A stretch of DNA of 63,929 nt, the filler included, from Choristocarpus tenellus KU-1152 (Eukaryota > Protista > Phaeophyceae), in assembly GCA_964200185.2 (NCBI GenBank). It is 7 parts of 7 records of this genome, joined end to end, with 100 filler letters (N's around TTAATTAATTAA, not from the genome) between each part and the next. Parts side by side here need not be neighbours in the genome. Positions count along the whole stretch, not along the records: positions 1 to 11,540 come from CAXNAD020002266.1; positions 11,641 to 17,744 come from CAXNAD020008926.1; 5 more parts are not named here. One strand, given 5' to 3'. The position numbers were made by a program, and so were the translations under genes. Positions 1 through 11,950 of this stretch are shown here, piece after piece; the stretch's first letter is position 1, and the number at the start of each line of letters is the position of its first letter. Under the pieces are notes generated by a model, which ran no database searches, was not told where the DNA came from, and saw nothing but the letters and a program-made list of their open reading frames with translations.

Positions 1-639
1 CCCCCCTCTACACCCTTTCCCCCCCCCCCCCCCCCCCCCTTCTTTTCCTCGGTCCTTTGTTTTTTTCTTTCTCCATGTCCCCCCCCCCCCCCCCCCCCCC
101 CCTTTTCTCTTCTTTATCTTACTAACTTTTTTATATCACCATAATTTGTGGTATTTTTTGGTATTACTTTGAAATAGTTCTATTATAGTTGTAGAATTGT
201 GGTCTTGTGTCCATGGCTGGGGGCAACAGATGTTAAGACATTCCTTTTTTTCTAACATGTTGTTCCGTGTAGTCCATATTTATTACCCTCTAACCTTGAC
301 TGGCTATGAAGAGAGAGCAAGGTAGGGTAAATAGGTGAGAAACCTGTGATAGTTAAGGCTATGGTAATTGCAGCACTGCAGTATTCACTCATGATAACCA
401 ACTCATCAGGGGATTTATAGCGCCTATGCATGTCACAGATGCGATACATGATATCACTGTTGCACTGATTTTTTTTCATGATTTTATAATCATGTTGCCA
501 ACACTATATAGAGACACCATTGCAGTAATCAACAACAGTCTCGTGGTAGGGTCGGATCAATCACGTTAACTCACCAAATCAATCTCAAACCAAATACTCT
601 ATTCTGTCCCGTCTCTCAACATAATGATAATGCTTGTAG

Positions 640-3600
640 TGGCGCCTTGCCGAGGACATGCTAGAGTCCATCCTGGACGGATACAAGAAGGGCGTTGGGG
701 TGAACCACCCCCATGCCATTGCAGCTGCTGAAAATTTAGAAAAGGTCTGGGATTTTCAGGTAACCTTTCTGGGTTTTTTCCCTTGCCCCTTATTCCAATA
801 GACCCTCGAAGGCTTCACCGTCCAACCTTGACCCTAACCTTAATCCCGCTTGCTACAGATGCTATCATTCCAAAGTGCTTGGAGTACATTCTAAATTGCA
901 CATTGAGGGCCATCCCAGTTTATATATACTAGATCCCAATTCGCACTATTAGTACAAGTAACTGAGAGTGGGGTGCCGCTGAGTTCTAAGGGTCACCTTG
1001 ACTTTCTGGTGACAAGGTTTATTGGAGCACTACTCAGTCCCACACCTATGGAGTGTATTCTGTCTGATTTGTGGGTGCATTTATTTAGTTTGTAGAATCA
1101 AGTTGTCCTTATCATCGACCACTTTCAAAGATCTTCTCCTCTCTTCACATTAATATTGACAAGAACTCTAAAGTATTGATGATGGTCAAGGAAAACTTCA
1201 GGTATACGATTCCTTTGCCCACCTTGTAACACAAGAATTATCAAGCCCAATCTCTTGAACATCTTGTATTATATTAGCAAGCAACTATTGTAACATTAAT
1301 GTGTAAATTAAATGATGGAAGATGTGGTTAATTGCTGCACAGAATACGAGGGGGGGGGATATCTTTCGTTTGTTGTGGTGGGTATTAGTAACCCCTACCA
1401 GTTATCAGCACTTACACTATTTAATCATTATCCTACCCTCCTTTCTCTATCACACACACACCAACATTCGGCTGCTCCTGCATTCTGCTGCTCCTGTTGA
1501 TTCTTCCCTTGGGTATTGTCCCTTGTTTCATTGCATAAGAAATAATAACTAAGTACTTCTTGTACTAAAACAGTTGCTGACGAATGTTACATCGAATTAT
1601 TGGGACCCCCCCCTCCCTCCTTTGGAACTGTGATCCTTTTTTTAAGGGGAAGGAGGTGGTGGATCCGTTCAACCTGGATCCAGTGAAGAGGTGTAGAGAC
1701 ACCTTGTCAGAAAGAGAGTACAAAAGACAACACCTTTCTGTCGAACCTGCAATCACAGGGCTTGCCCAACTCCTTCAATATGGGGGTAGTCATGAGGTGA
1801 AGGAGGAAAGGATCTCCAAGGGACAAAAGGCGTGAGGGGGTGGGGATAGATGAATGATGCAGTAGGAACGTTTTGGAGAGGGACAGTTGCGTGTTGTGAC
1901 GAGGTAGGTTTGTCATTTGCCTATCCTTGTTGATGTGTTACATTTAGGGTACTTGTGAGGTTTGTTTTGTTTAGTAAATCAGACAACAGTTTCGTAAAAG
2001 GGCATGAGGATGAAATGTTTGAAAGCACGCAGCATTGAGAGTTAGATGATAATGGGATGTGGAAAATCAGTTCGCTGGATAGACAACCTGCACGAGTGTG
2101 CTATAAATAGTTGCAATAGAAGCAATACTGCTCAATTAGTGAAGAGCGATAAACATTCAAATCTAAGGGTCTGATTTGAATGACTACTTTCTCAGTTGTA
2201 TAGTGCATGCTGCATGATCGGCTACAATTTCTTATCATGGTACCCCACTCCTCACTCATGTCTTGGGCATGATCAAGTTCATATATTTTTCAAATCTGTT
2301 TGGTTCATGCTTTCGATCTCACAACGATGCTACTACGTAAGATTCCCTTGTTGAGTGAATTGGATGTGCTGGCACTGCAGCTTCCTTTGTTCCCTCAACG
2401 ATGGAGTCACTTTCCTGATGTACAACAGGAATACTTGGGAGGGGAGGGGTGCGGTAGGTGGTAAGTGAATTGATCATGAGGGGATTATTATGTGCTGTAG
2501 ATGAGCGTGTTCAATAGAGAATTGCAAGTAGTGTAAGGCACGTGACCGATTTTCTCATGGCAAAACACCCAGGATGTGATCACGCCTACTACAGATGGTA
2601 TGCACCTTCGAAAGTGTTTGAAATTTGTCCAAGACAGTGCACCCCAATGAAGCGAGAGGATTTTGGCATCCACTGTAAGGAGTAATGCACTCCTAGAGTA
2701 TGAGTTCTGAGGATTTGTGGAAAGGCATGCGGCAGATAGTGAAAGGATGATTTACGGTGTGGTAGTGGGAGAGGAGTAGGTTGATTGGGATAGTGTAAGC
2801 TAGGAAGAATAATATATTGTGTTTGACTGGATTGGTGAATGTGGGGGATGTACTGATGTGGTGTGTGTGAGATTGGACTTCATGTTCCCGCTTGTGTTTA
2901 TATGTAAAAACAGTACTGTATGTGTAAGTGGCTTGCATTGATTTGAGTCAAAGCAAACAAGAGGTACCCATGGTTGCATTTAAGGATGCTGAAAACTGTG
3001 GAAAAAAATCGGGTTTTTGTACAAATGGGTATAGGGACTTTTCTGAAATCCGTCGAAAAATTTCAAACAGCAGAAAATCAATTCACTCAAGTCAATATTA
3101 AGACACTCCATCCATATAAATAAATAGGAGTAAATTGCAAAAGATGAAAAAAGGTTTAGAAAGAAAATCGTCCAAAACCTGGGTAAATCTTGTTTACTTT
3201 GGCTCTTTATGGGGCACAATACCCTGCCCTTGACCTACTTCCCCAGAATATTTGCGATAACAGTGCATACAGTAATAGTAATAGAATGAAACCTTCTAAG
3301 TTTTAGAGACCTTTTTTGGACCTTGCACATTATAAACCATGTCATGCCTGAACTGCAGTTAGCCCCCCTTATTTGGGAATTGCTGTACAAGAGAAGAGTA
3401 GGTGTGAACATCTTGATAAAGGCGCCCTCCACAGAACTCAAAACACATGTACCTCAACGTAGGCATACGTGCCCTTTGAACTCAGCGACATGCTTCTATT
3501 ACACCATATCACTCTTACAGGGATGTTTCGCAGTTTATTTACTTTGGCAACAAAGGAGACCTTGACGTAACTCGAAGCCTTTGTGACTAAAAGCATAAGA

Positions 3601-5253
3601 TTGACTGTTCGTAGGTTGACAAGCAATATTGCTTTCATTCCCCCTCCTTACCATGCTGCCCCCTCACCAGTCTCATTCATATCGAATTATTCCTCACTCT
3701 CTGCTAACAGGAGGCACTGCAGCTTTTTGCTCGTGCTGTAGACTGCCTGGAACCTGCCCTAGGCAGCAGCCACCCCAGGGTTGGGGTTGCTCTCAACAAC
3801 CAAGCCTTGGCCCTGATTCAGGTGTGCTGTTTCCTTAATGGAAAGAAACACAGTATGAAGGGGTACTGGCCTGTATCAATTCTAAGGTTTAACACTTTGT
3901 ATGCTGCAAAATGTCCCATGGAGAGTGCAAATAATGCTTATATTCATGATTCCACATGACATATTCGAGGAAGTAGGTTGCCATATACCCTGTACCCATG
4001 TTTGTTTGCTCTGTAAGCTAAGGGAAATCTGTTGAGATGTCAGTTGTGTGGGTTCAATGGTTCGAATGTATCCAGCATACCCAAGAATTCTGAACGAAAT
4101 CTTCTAGTCACTCAGATAGTCATTCACACCATTTGTCCCTTTGGAAGCATTTAGAGTTTGCCTGGCAATGCACCTAGGGAACATTTTACCTTGTGCTACC
4201 AGGACCACCCAGTTACCCCTACTGCACTACCACTATTCATAGCACAGGGCATTGAAAGCAAAGAGCCACTCAAATGCCTGGATATTTCCATGAAAATACC
4301 TTCTTCAAGCACTGTGCTATATTCGGACTAATTGCATTTCGCTGCAAAAGAAAAGCATACTTGAGCTCTATTTTGATGCCTTGTCGGATTGACTGCAATT
4401 GTTTTGGAGTGTTGGTTCGGATGTCTTGAGCATCATCTTTACAAGTAATAGGTAGGAGTATATTAGGTTCACGTCACCCATGAATCTCCACCTTCATTTG
4501 TTTTTATCGTCCAGGTCTACATGTTGTTGAAGATGTTGTCAGGAGAGTGGTGCTTCAGCATGTAGGGCAACAACGCAGTATGCATATATACTTTGAGCCA
4601 ATGTGATGAAAAAGACATGTATTATTTGATTATTTGCATTCGTTTGATGCTAGTGCAATGATATATGTTTTGGTGGGTACTCAGTATGCTTCGATGCTTT
4701 AAAATTGTAGACAAGATGTCAAGTAACATTCCTCTTCGCACTATTGTATCAGCAGCTCGAAATTGAGCGTACCTTGTGTAGAATGTAGGCAGGTCATAGC
4801 TCTACAACTGTGTTGACATGCTGGAGTAGGCAAAACTCATTTAGTTTTGCTTTCTAAATGTGAATGGGATTGTTTTCCTGTAAAATAACGACAGAGGTGG
4901 TGTACAATATGAATTCCAGCTTTGCCAAGGAAAAAAAGAAGGGTGAGGTACTCCAGAATGTTTTTTACCAAACATTAGGACTGATGGTGAGGGTTGAAAG
5001 ATTGCAGATAGTTATCTTTGAGGGTATTAACGGTCATGATGAGATTGTTTATATTCTGCTTCCAAGGTCCTGGGATACCTTTTGTGCGCAGCACCCTTCT
5101 TTGCATACCCATAGCCATCAAGTCTAACCACAACCAAATCCAACAATAGTGACAAGATTTTGATTTTTCGGATCTGTGCAGGTTGGACGCCTAGATGAAG
5201 CAGAGGTGCTCCTACAGCGTGTTGTGCGCATCCTTGCACAAGCCTATGGAAAG
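640..5253 (+). CDS. Partial TPR-repeat protein (kinesin-light-chain-type TPR), 4 internal exons
   Basis: Phase-0 AG/GT exons 640-759 (WRLAEDMLESILDGYKKGVGVNHPHAIAAAENLEKVWDFQ), 1647-1796 (...AITGLAQLLQYGGSHE), 3711-3821 (EALQLFARAVDCLEPALGSSHPRVGVALNNQALALIQ) and 5182-5253 (VGRLDEAEVLLQRVVRILAQAYGK) splice in frame. They show the LGxxHPxVxxxLNNxA / GrldEAexllxR TPR signature. Start and stop not located. Confidence 0.8.
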
Positions 5254-6736
5254 GTGTGTGGTGTACCCGATTGTTCCACTTGGTCCTCTCCCCCAACCAA
5301 CCCTGTTCCTCATATATGGTGTCCTTGGCTCGACAACACACATTTCCAGTTATTGCCTACAGCACTCCTCAAGTAAGGCTTGATCATCTTCCAGACTCTC
5401 CCAACTTGTTGCCCCTCCTCTTTCTGACACATTCTATCCACAATCTCCTATCACTCTCTCTGTATACCTTTGTGGACCACTTTTTCACCCCTTTCCCCAA
5501 ACGCCCCAAATTATGTATTCCATTAGAGATTTGTCTAAATTGAAGACCCTTTCTAATCGTTTAAATCAAAGGGGAGAACCGTAAAATAAATATCCACAAT
5601 TTTTTTACTTTTGCCTTTTCTTGTTGTACCGGTTGATTTTTTATTAATAGTGTAAAAAATTAATGGACACGTCACCCTCCCTCCCCCCCCACACACACCA
5701 TTTTTCTCCAGCACAGATTGAGAAATTTCTTACGTTCCACTGGAAGGCTCTTCGGAATCAATATAGTGGTTTGATTAAGTAAGACACCCCAACTAGATAT
5801 ACTCAAATTTGTCCTGTTTCTGTCCCAGACTCACAACTCAACGTCCCACCTTAGATATGAAGAGGTGCTGTCCATGCTAATTGAAGCTTGAACAAAAACA
5901 AGTGCTGGCAATGTCCCACACAGCACAAACAACAAAAAAAGCATGAGGTAGTAGTCTGCCCTAATGAGATGGGGACTCAGAACTAATTTTGATCCTCTGC
6001 TCCTGCGTACATGAACAAATATCTCAACTAAACAATATCCATGGTTTCCAACCTTACGGAATTTGAAGTCATGCTAAATCGACCCCTATCGCACAACAAC
6101 AGCATGCCTTAGCAGGTAAGAATTACCGCCTCACCATCCCTGAAGTCACTTTTTCCCAAGCCCTGCTCATTGCTTGACTTATAGCAACACTGCGATACTT
6201 CAAATCCAATTGTTCATGCCAAAGATACTTCATCCTTTATCTGCTCTCCCTATGATGATTGGCATCACGACAGGTATCGCAACAGGGTGTTTTGGTGATA
6301 ATGAAAGCAATAACAAGTACATGTTGATGATTCAGTGCGAACCAGACCTCAACCCCAACTTGTAGTTTTCCATTAACCTAGATCTCTCCTGTCCACACAC
6401 ATTCTTTTGCTTTGTTGTCTTGGCATCCTATGATGAAACTCTCGGGAAAAGGAGCACCCTCTCTACTTCTGGGGAGTAAATAATCTGGCAGGTGTTGCGG
6501 CAAGGCTGGGCCGACTGCAACAGGCAGAGAATTTACTTCGGGAGTGCTCGGAGATGGCAAGGAGTACTCTAGGACCAAGGCATCCTGACGTGGCTGTGTA
6601 TTCACTTAATCTCTCCAAGGTAGATGGGAAGTGTTTAGTCGAGAGCTGAGAGTGCTGAGGGTCAAGAATGAAAGTGGGGTGGGTAAGAGTAAGGATAAGA
6701 AATTGTAAAGAAGGAAGGCAAATGAATATTCCTTTT

Positions 6737-6950
6737 TAGTCAAAGCATTTAAGAGGTAGGGCCGTGTCCATACAGGGTATCCATTATTGCGATTTTGATT
6801 AATTGGCTATGGTGTTTGTTAGCAAGTGTCCACATTTTTGGTAACCGTGTTCACAGAGAAAACTGAAAAAGGGCGTAAGAAAACTGTGGGAAGCCAAGCC
6901 CCGAGCGGACAAACAGAGCAATACTCCTACCCTCTTAATTGTTTTGGGTC
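6737..6950. mobile_element. MITE family B copy (TIR about GGGTCAAAGCATTTAAGAGGGTAGG)
   Basis: Terminal inverted repeats caaagcatttaagaggtagg ... cctaccctcttaattgttttgggtc. Homologous to 35863-36119. Flanked by ttt/ttt. Confidence 0.75.
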
Positions 6951-8339
6951 TTTGCTGCCCTGATCTCATCTGGTCTTGTCCTGCTGGCCTCAAAATGGCA
7001 GATAACAAAGCGCATCTCTTTGTCCAAGATAGAACGTCAACCCTCCAATGGAGGTGTTGGAGCAGATGAAGGTGGGCGGGATGAGGTGGGGGAAGCTTAG
7101 AAGCAAGGATAAGGTTGTAGATAAAAGCAAGTGCAGGAGAGTAAGAACTGTAGGTTAAAACGCCAGAGAGATGGTGTCTGTGGCAGGAGTTGGTTGTTTG
7201 TTGCTGAAGTTGATGCTGGTGAGGGTTGGAAGTATCATATTCTGTCCAGTATTTGCTGTGATTGGAGGATGACTGCTATAGTACACAAGGGAAGTGTTGG
7301 GTAACAGAGGGGTCACAAGAAGGATAGATCAAAGGGAATATAGCACGCAGTGGGGTAAACGGAATTCACCCTTGTTGGCAACATGCAGGGACACACACAA
7401 ACTGTAATAAATCGTGGTGTAGGGTATGTCACTCTTGAACTCCATAAAGTTGTGAGTGTGATTGGGGTGCATAGAGTACACAAGTTGGGGGTTGTCAGAG
7501 ATGAAGGTGGGAATAGCCATCTTTAACAATGGCAGGGGGTCGATTATAGCAGCACCAAATATATAGTGGCAGTGCAACAAGACACCAGAATAGTAGCCAC
7601 AGTGTATTGCCCGGCTGGGATGGGTACTATTGTCCATCTCCTTGAGAGTGTGGAGAGGTTTATTGTTTAATGCGTTCCGCATCAAGAATATGTAGTGCTT
7701 TGGGGGGAAAGATGTAGTCCACTATCTAGGAGGGGTTTATGATTTGAGTGGGATCTTGTGTATAGGAGAACCTAGGATGGAGAAGGCATGTCTCATAGTT
7801 GTGGTTTGTGGATGGGGAAGGGGAAGGGGAAGGGAATGTGCAAAACGTGTGGGTAAGGTATAAGGGTATGTTTGCTAATGCTGTCCAAGACGTACAAACT
7901 GATGAATTGAAGTGTGTTGCGCCTTGTGATTTGTGCGATGAGGAGGGATAACAATCCCTAAGTATTCTATGACTGGAGGTATTGTGTCTGAGTTTGCGTC
8001 ACATTCCCATTTTGATTATTTTAGTGGAAGCAAGGCTGTATAACCTGTCTGTGCGATTGACACCATAATTGTATTTTTTGTGGTACCGCACTGCATAACA
8101 ACAGGATACATGGACCATATTGATTCTTTATAAAAAGTGAGGAAAGCTTAAACCTGGTCTGCTCTGGAATAATCTTTTCCACTCCTGCCGCATGTTGAAT
8201 TGTATGTTCTATACTGGTGCTGGTTGCTTTAGCTGGCAGGATTTTTATGTAGCTTGGGCTGCGATGATGAGGTGGTGTTGCTTTGAAATTCTGTAGCACA
8301 CCGTGCATGTTGTAGAACAACAGCCGTATCAGTAATAGT

Positions 8340-8861
8340 CAGGGTTTTTCTTCGGTCTGGGCATTTAGCATGGCCCGTTCAGTTAGCATGGTCAGGTTTC
8401 AGGCCATGACAGTGGGCTGGGTCGTGGTCTGACCTTGTCGAAACAGTGAACAACCCTGGACTAGCCCTGTTATAATATGTTGTTACCAGACCGACCCTGC
8501 GACCCGACCACATTCGAATAGTTGATTGCTGTGTATAGGAAGTATTTTAACCAGACCGATCTGGTTAAGATGTATTGGACTAAGTCAATAGATGTCGTCC
8601 CAACTACTTAATTATCGCCCTACATGTGAGAGAACAGGTGTTAGTTTTATACTAGAACTCTATACTTACGTTACTTCATTATTTCTCATCATTACCGTAA
8701 AATTAGGTAGGGGTTTAGTTTCAGCAAGACCATGGTCCGAGCCCTGGCATTGTCTGGTTACAATCTCTGACATCCCTCGTCTGGACATGTCAGAAACTGT
8801 TGCAGTTGGTCCGAATTTTGGACCGATGCCGTCGCATTTGCCTAGCCTGGGAAAAACCCTG
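8340..8861. mobile_element. Non-autonomous TIR element, hAT-like CAGGG termini
   Basis: Left end cagggtttttc...ctgggcat; right end atttgcctagcctgggaaaaaccctg. Many subterminal gacc/ggtc motifs. No 8-bp TSD seen, so the superfamily call is tentative. Confidence 0.55.
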
Positions 8862-9147
8862 AAAGATTCATTATAGTAAGAAATAGCTAAGGAATGGGAA
8901 TCACCAGCAGAATGTATCTGGCAGAAATCTCATGCTGGACGTTTAGAAGCACTACTAGTAGTGAGGAAGACAGAACTCTGTGGTTGGGGGACATTCGACC
9001 AGGGAGTACTAATGATATTTCTGAAGAGGATAAATAAGGCATATCCTGCTTGAGCTTAGAAGGAGTGAGTATATTCATCCTAATCACTAATAATTCCCAT
9101 GACCTGTGCATGGTCCTTTTCATCATGAAAGGGAGTAGAAGAGAGCT

Positions 9148-9493
9148 GTTGAAATATTCCAAACTGGACCCGCGGCTTTGGTGCTTTGATGAAAGACGGT
9201 GGATAGCTTGGTGTAGATAACACAAAGTTAATATTACAAGTGGCTTATGGTCTCGATTCCGCTGACAGCCTAGACTACCATTATTATTTCTATAGTGTGG
9301 GGTTTGTAGTCATCCACACATGTTTTGTATGAATCACTTATTCACTTAAGTATATAAAGTGTATCTTGAACGTGATATAAAAATCAGTCAACACTATGAG
9401 TCAGTACATGTAATATATCTGTCACTGACTCTCCATTCTATTATCTAATCCACTGGTGGTGTCTATGTGTATCAGCAGCACTATCTACGAACA
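9148..9493. mobile_element. Degenerate LTR-like repeat, copy 1 (with about 80 bp of shared flank)
   Basis: Direct repeat of 10173-10549. Shared motifs include ggtctcgattccgctgac, caacactatgagtcagtacat and gtatcagcagcactatctacgaaca. Confidence 0.55.
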
Positions 9494-10172
9494 CTGTCCC
9501 TTGCTGTGCAGATAATATACACCCTGGGATTCTACTTCTCTCAAACTTGGAGAAAGAAACAGACTTCTGCTAACTCTCTCAAAAACAATGTAACAAATAT
9601 ACCCTAACATCAATGTTGACGTTGGGTCTGTGTAGGTATAAAAAAATCAGTCATCAATTCTTAACCTTTATCCTCCTGCAGCCTTACGTGGAAACATTCT
9701 CGGGTACAATCTCCTGCAGGTCCTTAGCAATGCCATGTTGCGTCTCCCACAATCCATGAAATGGCAGGGTCCTTGGCAATGCATATCGCGTCTCCTACAA
9801 TCACCAAAACCTCCCTAGTACATCACTACTGCAGGTCACTGGAACACAGATCCCACCTCGTATCTACCTCCCTATTGTAGCCTCCAGTGGAAACATTATC
9901 GGTCTCTTCGTAATCTGTCACACTTTTCTTCTCTTTATGCACACTCCAGAATGTTGTGCTTCTGAAGCACCTCGGCATGCACCATTTCCTTGCCCCCCAT
10001 GTGCTGCATGTGGAGGTTCCTAAACAGGGTTGCAGCATTTCCATTGCACACAACTTGTACTCGGTGAGTTTCACGTCTTATTTTTCGTGCACTTTCGCAG
10101 CAAGGGGCTTTACAGTCGCCAAAATTGTGTGTATAGTATTTTCTTTCTCTGTTGTTACTGATGGGTCAAAGT

Positions 10173-10549
10173 TGTTGAACTATTTCACACTGGACCCGTG
10201 GCTCTTATGGTGCTTTAATGAAGGACAAAGAACAGCTTGATATAGATGAACAATGTTAGTAATACAAGGGCCTTTCTGGTCTCGATTCCGCTGACTGAGC
10301 TCGTGGGTGAGACTCTAGCCTTAACTACCATCATTACTCTATCGTGTGGGGTTTGTAATCGTCCACACTAATCTACTATGAATTACTTATATTTACTTAT
10401 CTTAAGTATAGGAAGTGTATCTTGAACATGATATAACCAATCAACACTATGAGTCAGTACATATACTATATCTGTCACAGGCTTTATACCCTATCACATA
10501 ATCCACCAGTGGTGTGTCTATAGCGTATCAGCAGCACTATCTACGAACA
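10173..10549. mobile_element. Degenerate LTR-like repeat, copy 2 (TGTT...AACA unit at 10254-10549)
   Basis: About 296-bp unit bounded by TGTT/AACA, the TG...CA ends typical of LTRs. Repeats 9148-9493. Confidence 0.55.
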
Positions 10550-10723
10550 AAAGTATCTGGGGGGGAGGGGTGGTTTGTGAGGGGCGTCCGTTTCGGTCAA
10601 ACAACTCCTTTTTTTGCTGACATTTCAAATCCGACACGTGCGACCAACTGACACCAAAAAAGTGCAAATCGAAAAAATTGTGAAAAACGGACGCCGACAC
10701 CTCCCCCTCAGATACTTTGACCC
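10548..10723. mobile_element. MITE family A (subfamily 1) copy
   Basis: TIRs aaagtatctgggggg ... cccctcagatactttgaccc. Closely similar interior at 11386-11540. Confidence 0.75.
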
Positions 10724-11385
10724 TGATACACGGTTGTCCTGCATGTAGTGACTCACCACCATCACGGCGGTTTAGGTTGGGTGTTGAAAAATAGGAAGGA
10801 TAGGGCAACCTGGCTCGAGACAAGCAGTAACACCACCCCTTACTCTCAAGTGAAGTGTCGAGTACAAATATATACAGACAGTTGTCGTATGGAACATTCC
10901 GTGTTGTTCTGTATCGTTTCTACGATCCCGTCCAGTAGTCCTTCCCTCTCTAATCAAGTAGAGGTACTCCACGACAGAAGTTGCATTTGAAGCAATTGCT
11001 ATCAATCGTTTGTGAGCATGGCTGATGGTGGTCAGGTGCAGCACAATACACAGCACCTTAGGTAGCTAGATAGAAGCCCCCCTTTCTGATTGCAAGGGAA
11101 ACTTCACCCTCCTCACTCAGTGGGCTAATGTTCAACTTATCGATTTTTCTTCTCTTCTACATAGAACTACGGTGCATCAGTGTCCTCACCTTTCCCGTCC
11201 TTAGTTGCTGCTTGGGTGGATTGACCAGGTAGGCTCCTACAGCAAAGGCCTCATATGAGTATATATCTGTACGTATGTATACATGTATACATACGTACAT
11301 TCTTCGAAGTAGTTTCGTAACGCTAGATTCTGATTAAATAATGTACTTTCAGAATTGCTCTCGCAGAACGAGAGGCTCTTCTCAG

Positions 11386-11540
11386 GGGTCAAAGTATCTG
11401 GGAGGGGGGTTGGTTTGTGAGGGAGCGTCCGTTTCGGTCAAACAACTCTCTTTTTTGCTGACATTTCAAATACGACACGTGCGACCAAATCACACCAAAA
11501 AAGTGAAAAACGAAAAAAGGGTGAAAAACGGACACCGACG
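11386..11540. mobile_element. MITE family A (subfamily 1) copy, truncated by contig end
   Basis: gggtcaaagtatctggg start; interior matches 10550-10700. Confidence 0.7.
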
Positions 11541-11640
11541 NNNNNNNNNNNNNNNNNNNNNNNNNNNNNNNNNNNNNNNNNNNNTTAATTAATTAANNNN
11601 NNNNNNNNNNNNNNNNNNNNNNNNNNNNNNNNNNNNNNNN
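11541..11640. other. Artificial contig linker N44-TTAATTAATTAA-N44
   Basis: Identical 100-nt structure at six sites; the 12-mer gives stops in all six frames. Confidence 0.97.
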
Positions 11641-11814
11641 AAAAGTACGGGGGGGGGGGGGGGGGTCTACACTAGGGTGTCTATTTGGGCCTCGACCAGG
11701 AGAAGTGAACTTACATTATACATCCAATGAATGCAACCAAATCACCCAAAAGTTGCAACATGGAAAAATGGGTCCTGAATGGACAGTCACCACCCCCCCC
11801 AGATACTTTGAGTC
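11641..11814. mobile_element. MITE family A (subfamily 2) copy at contig start
   Basis: aaaagtacggggg ... ccccccagatactttgagtc. Reverse-complement homolog of 54908-55080 and 63704-63888. Confidence 0.7.
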
Positions 11815-11950
11815 TGCATTTAACAAACCAATGCACATCTCAGCATAGAGAGCTTGATTGCCTATCTCTTATTATTCAATCAAACAAGAGACCAAAATAA
11901 CACAAAGTCAAAATCCAAAACTCCAAAGATAAGAAATCTTCTGCCCTCAC

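Noticed and set aside
4203-4320. Possible extra TPR exon starting DHPVT
   Set aside because: Only the DHP tripeptide fits, there is no LNNLA-type motif, and its position is out of order relative to the AYGK exon.
7329-7685. 118-aa minus-strand ORF as a gene
   Set aside because: No splice structure or domain. At most a faint resemblance to a decayed Copia protease region, too weak to call.
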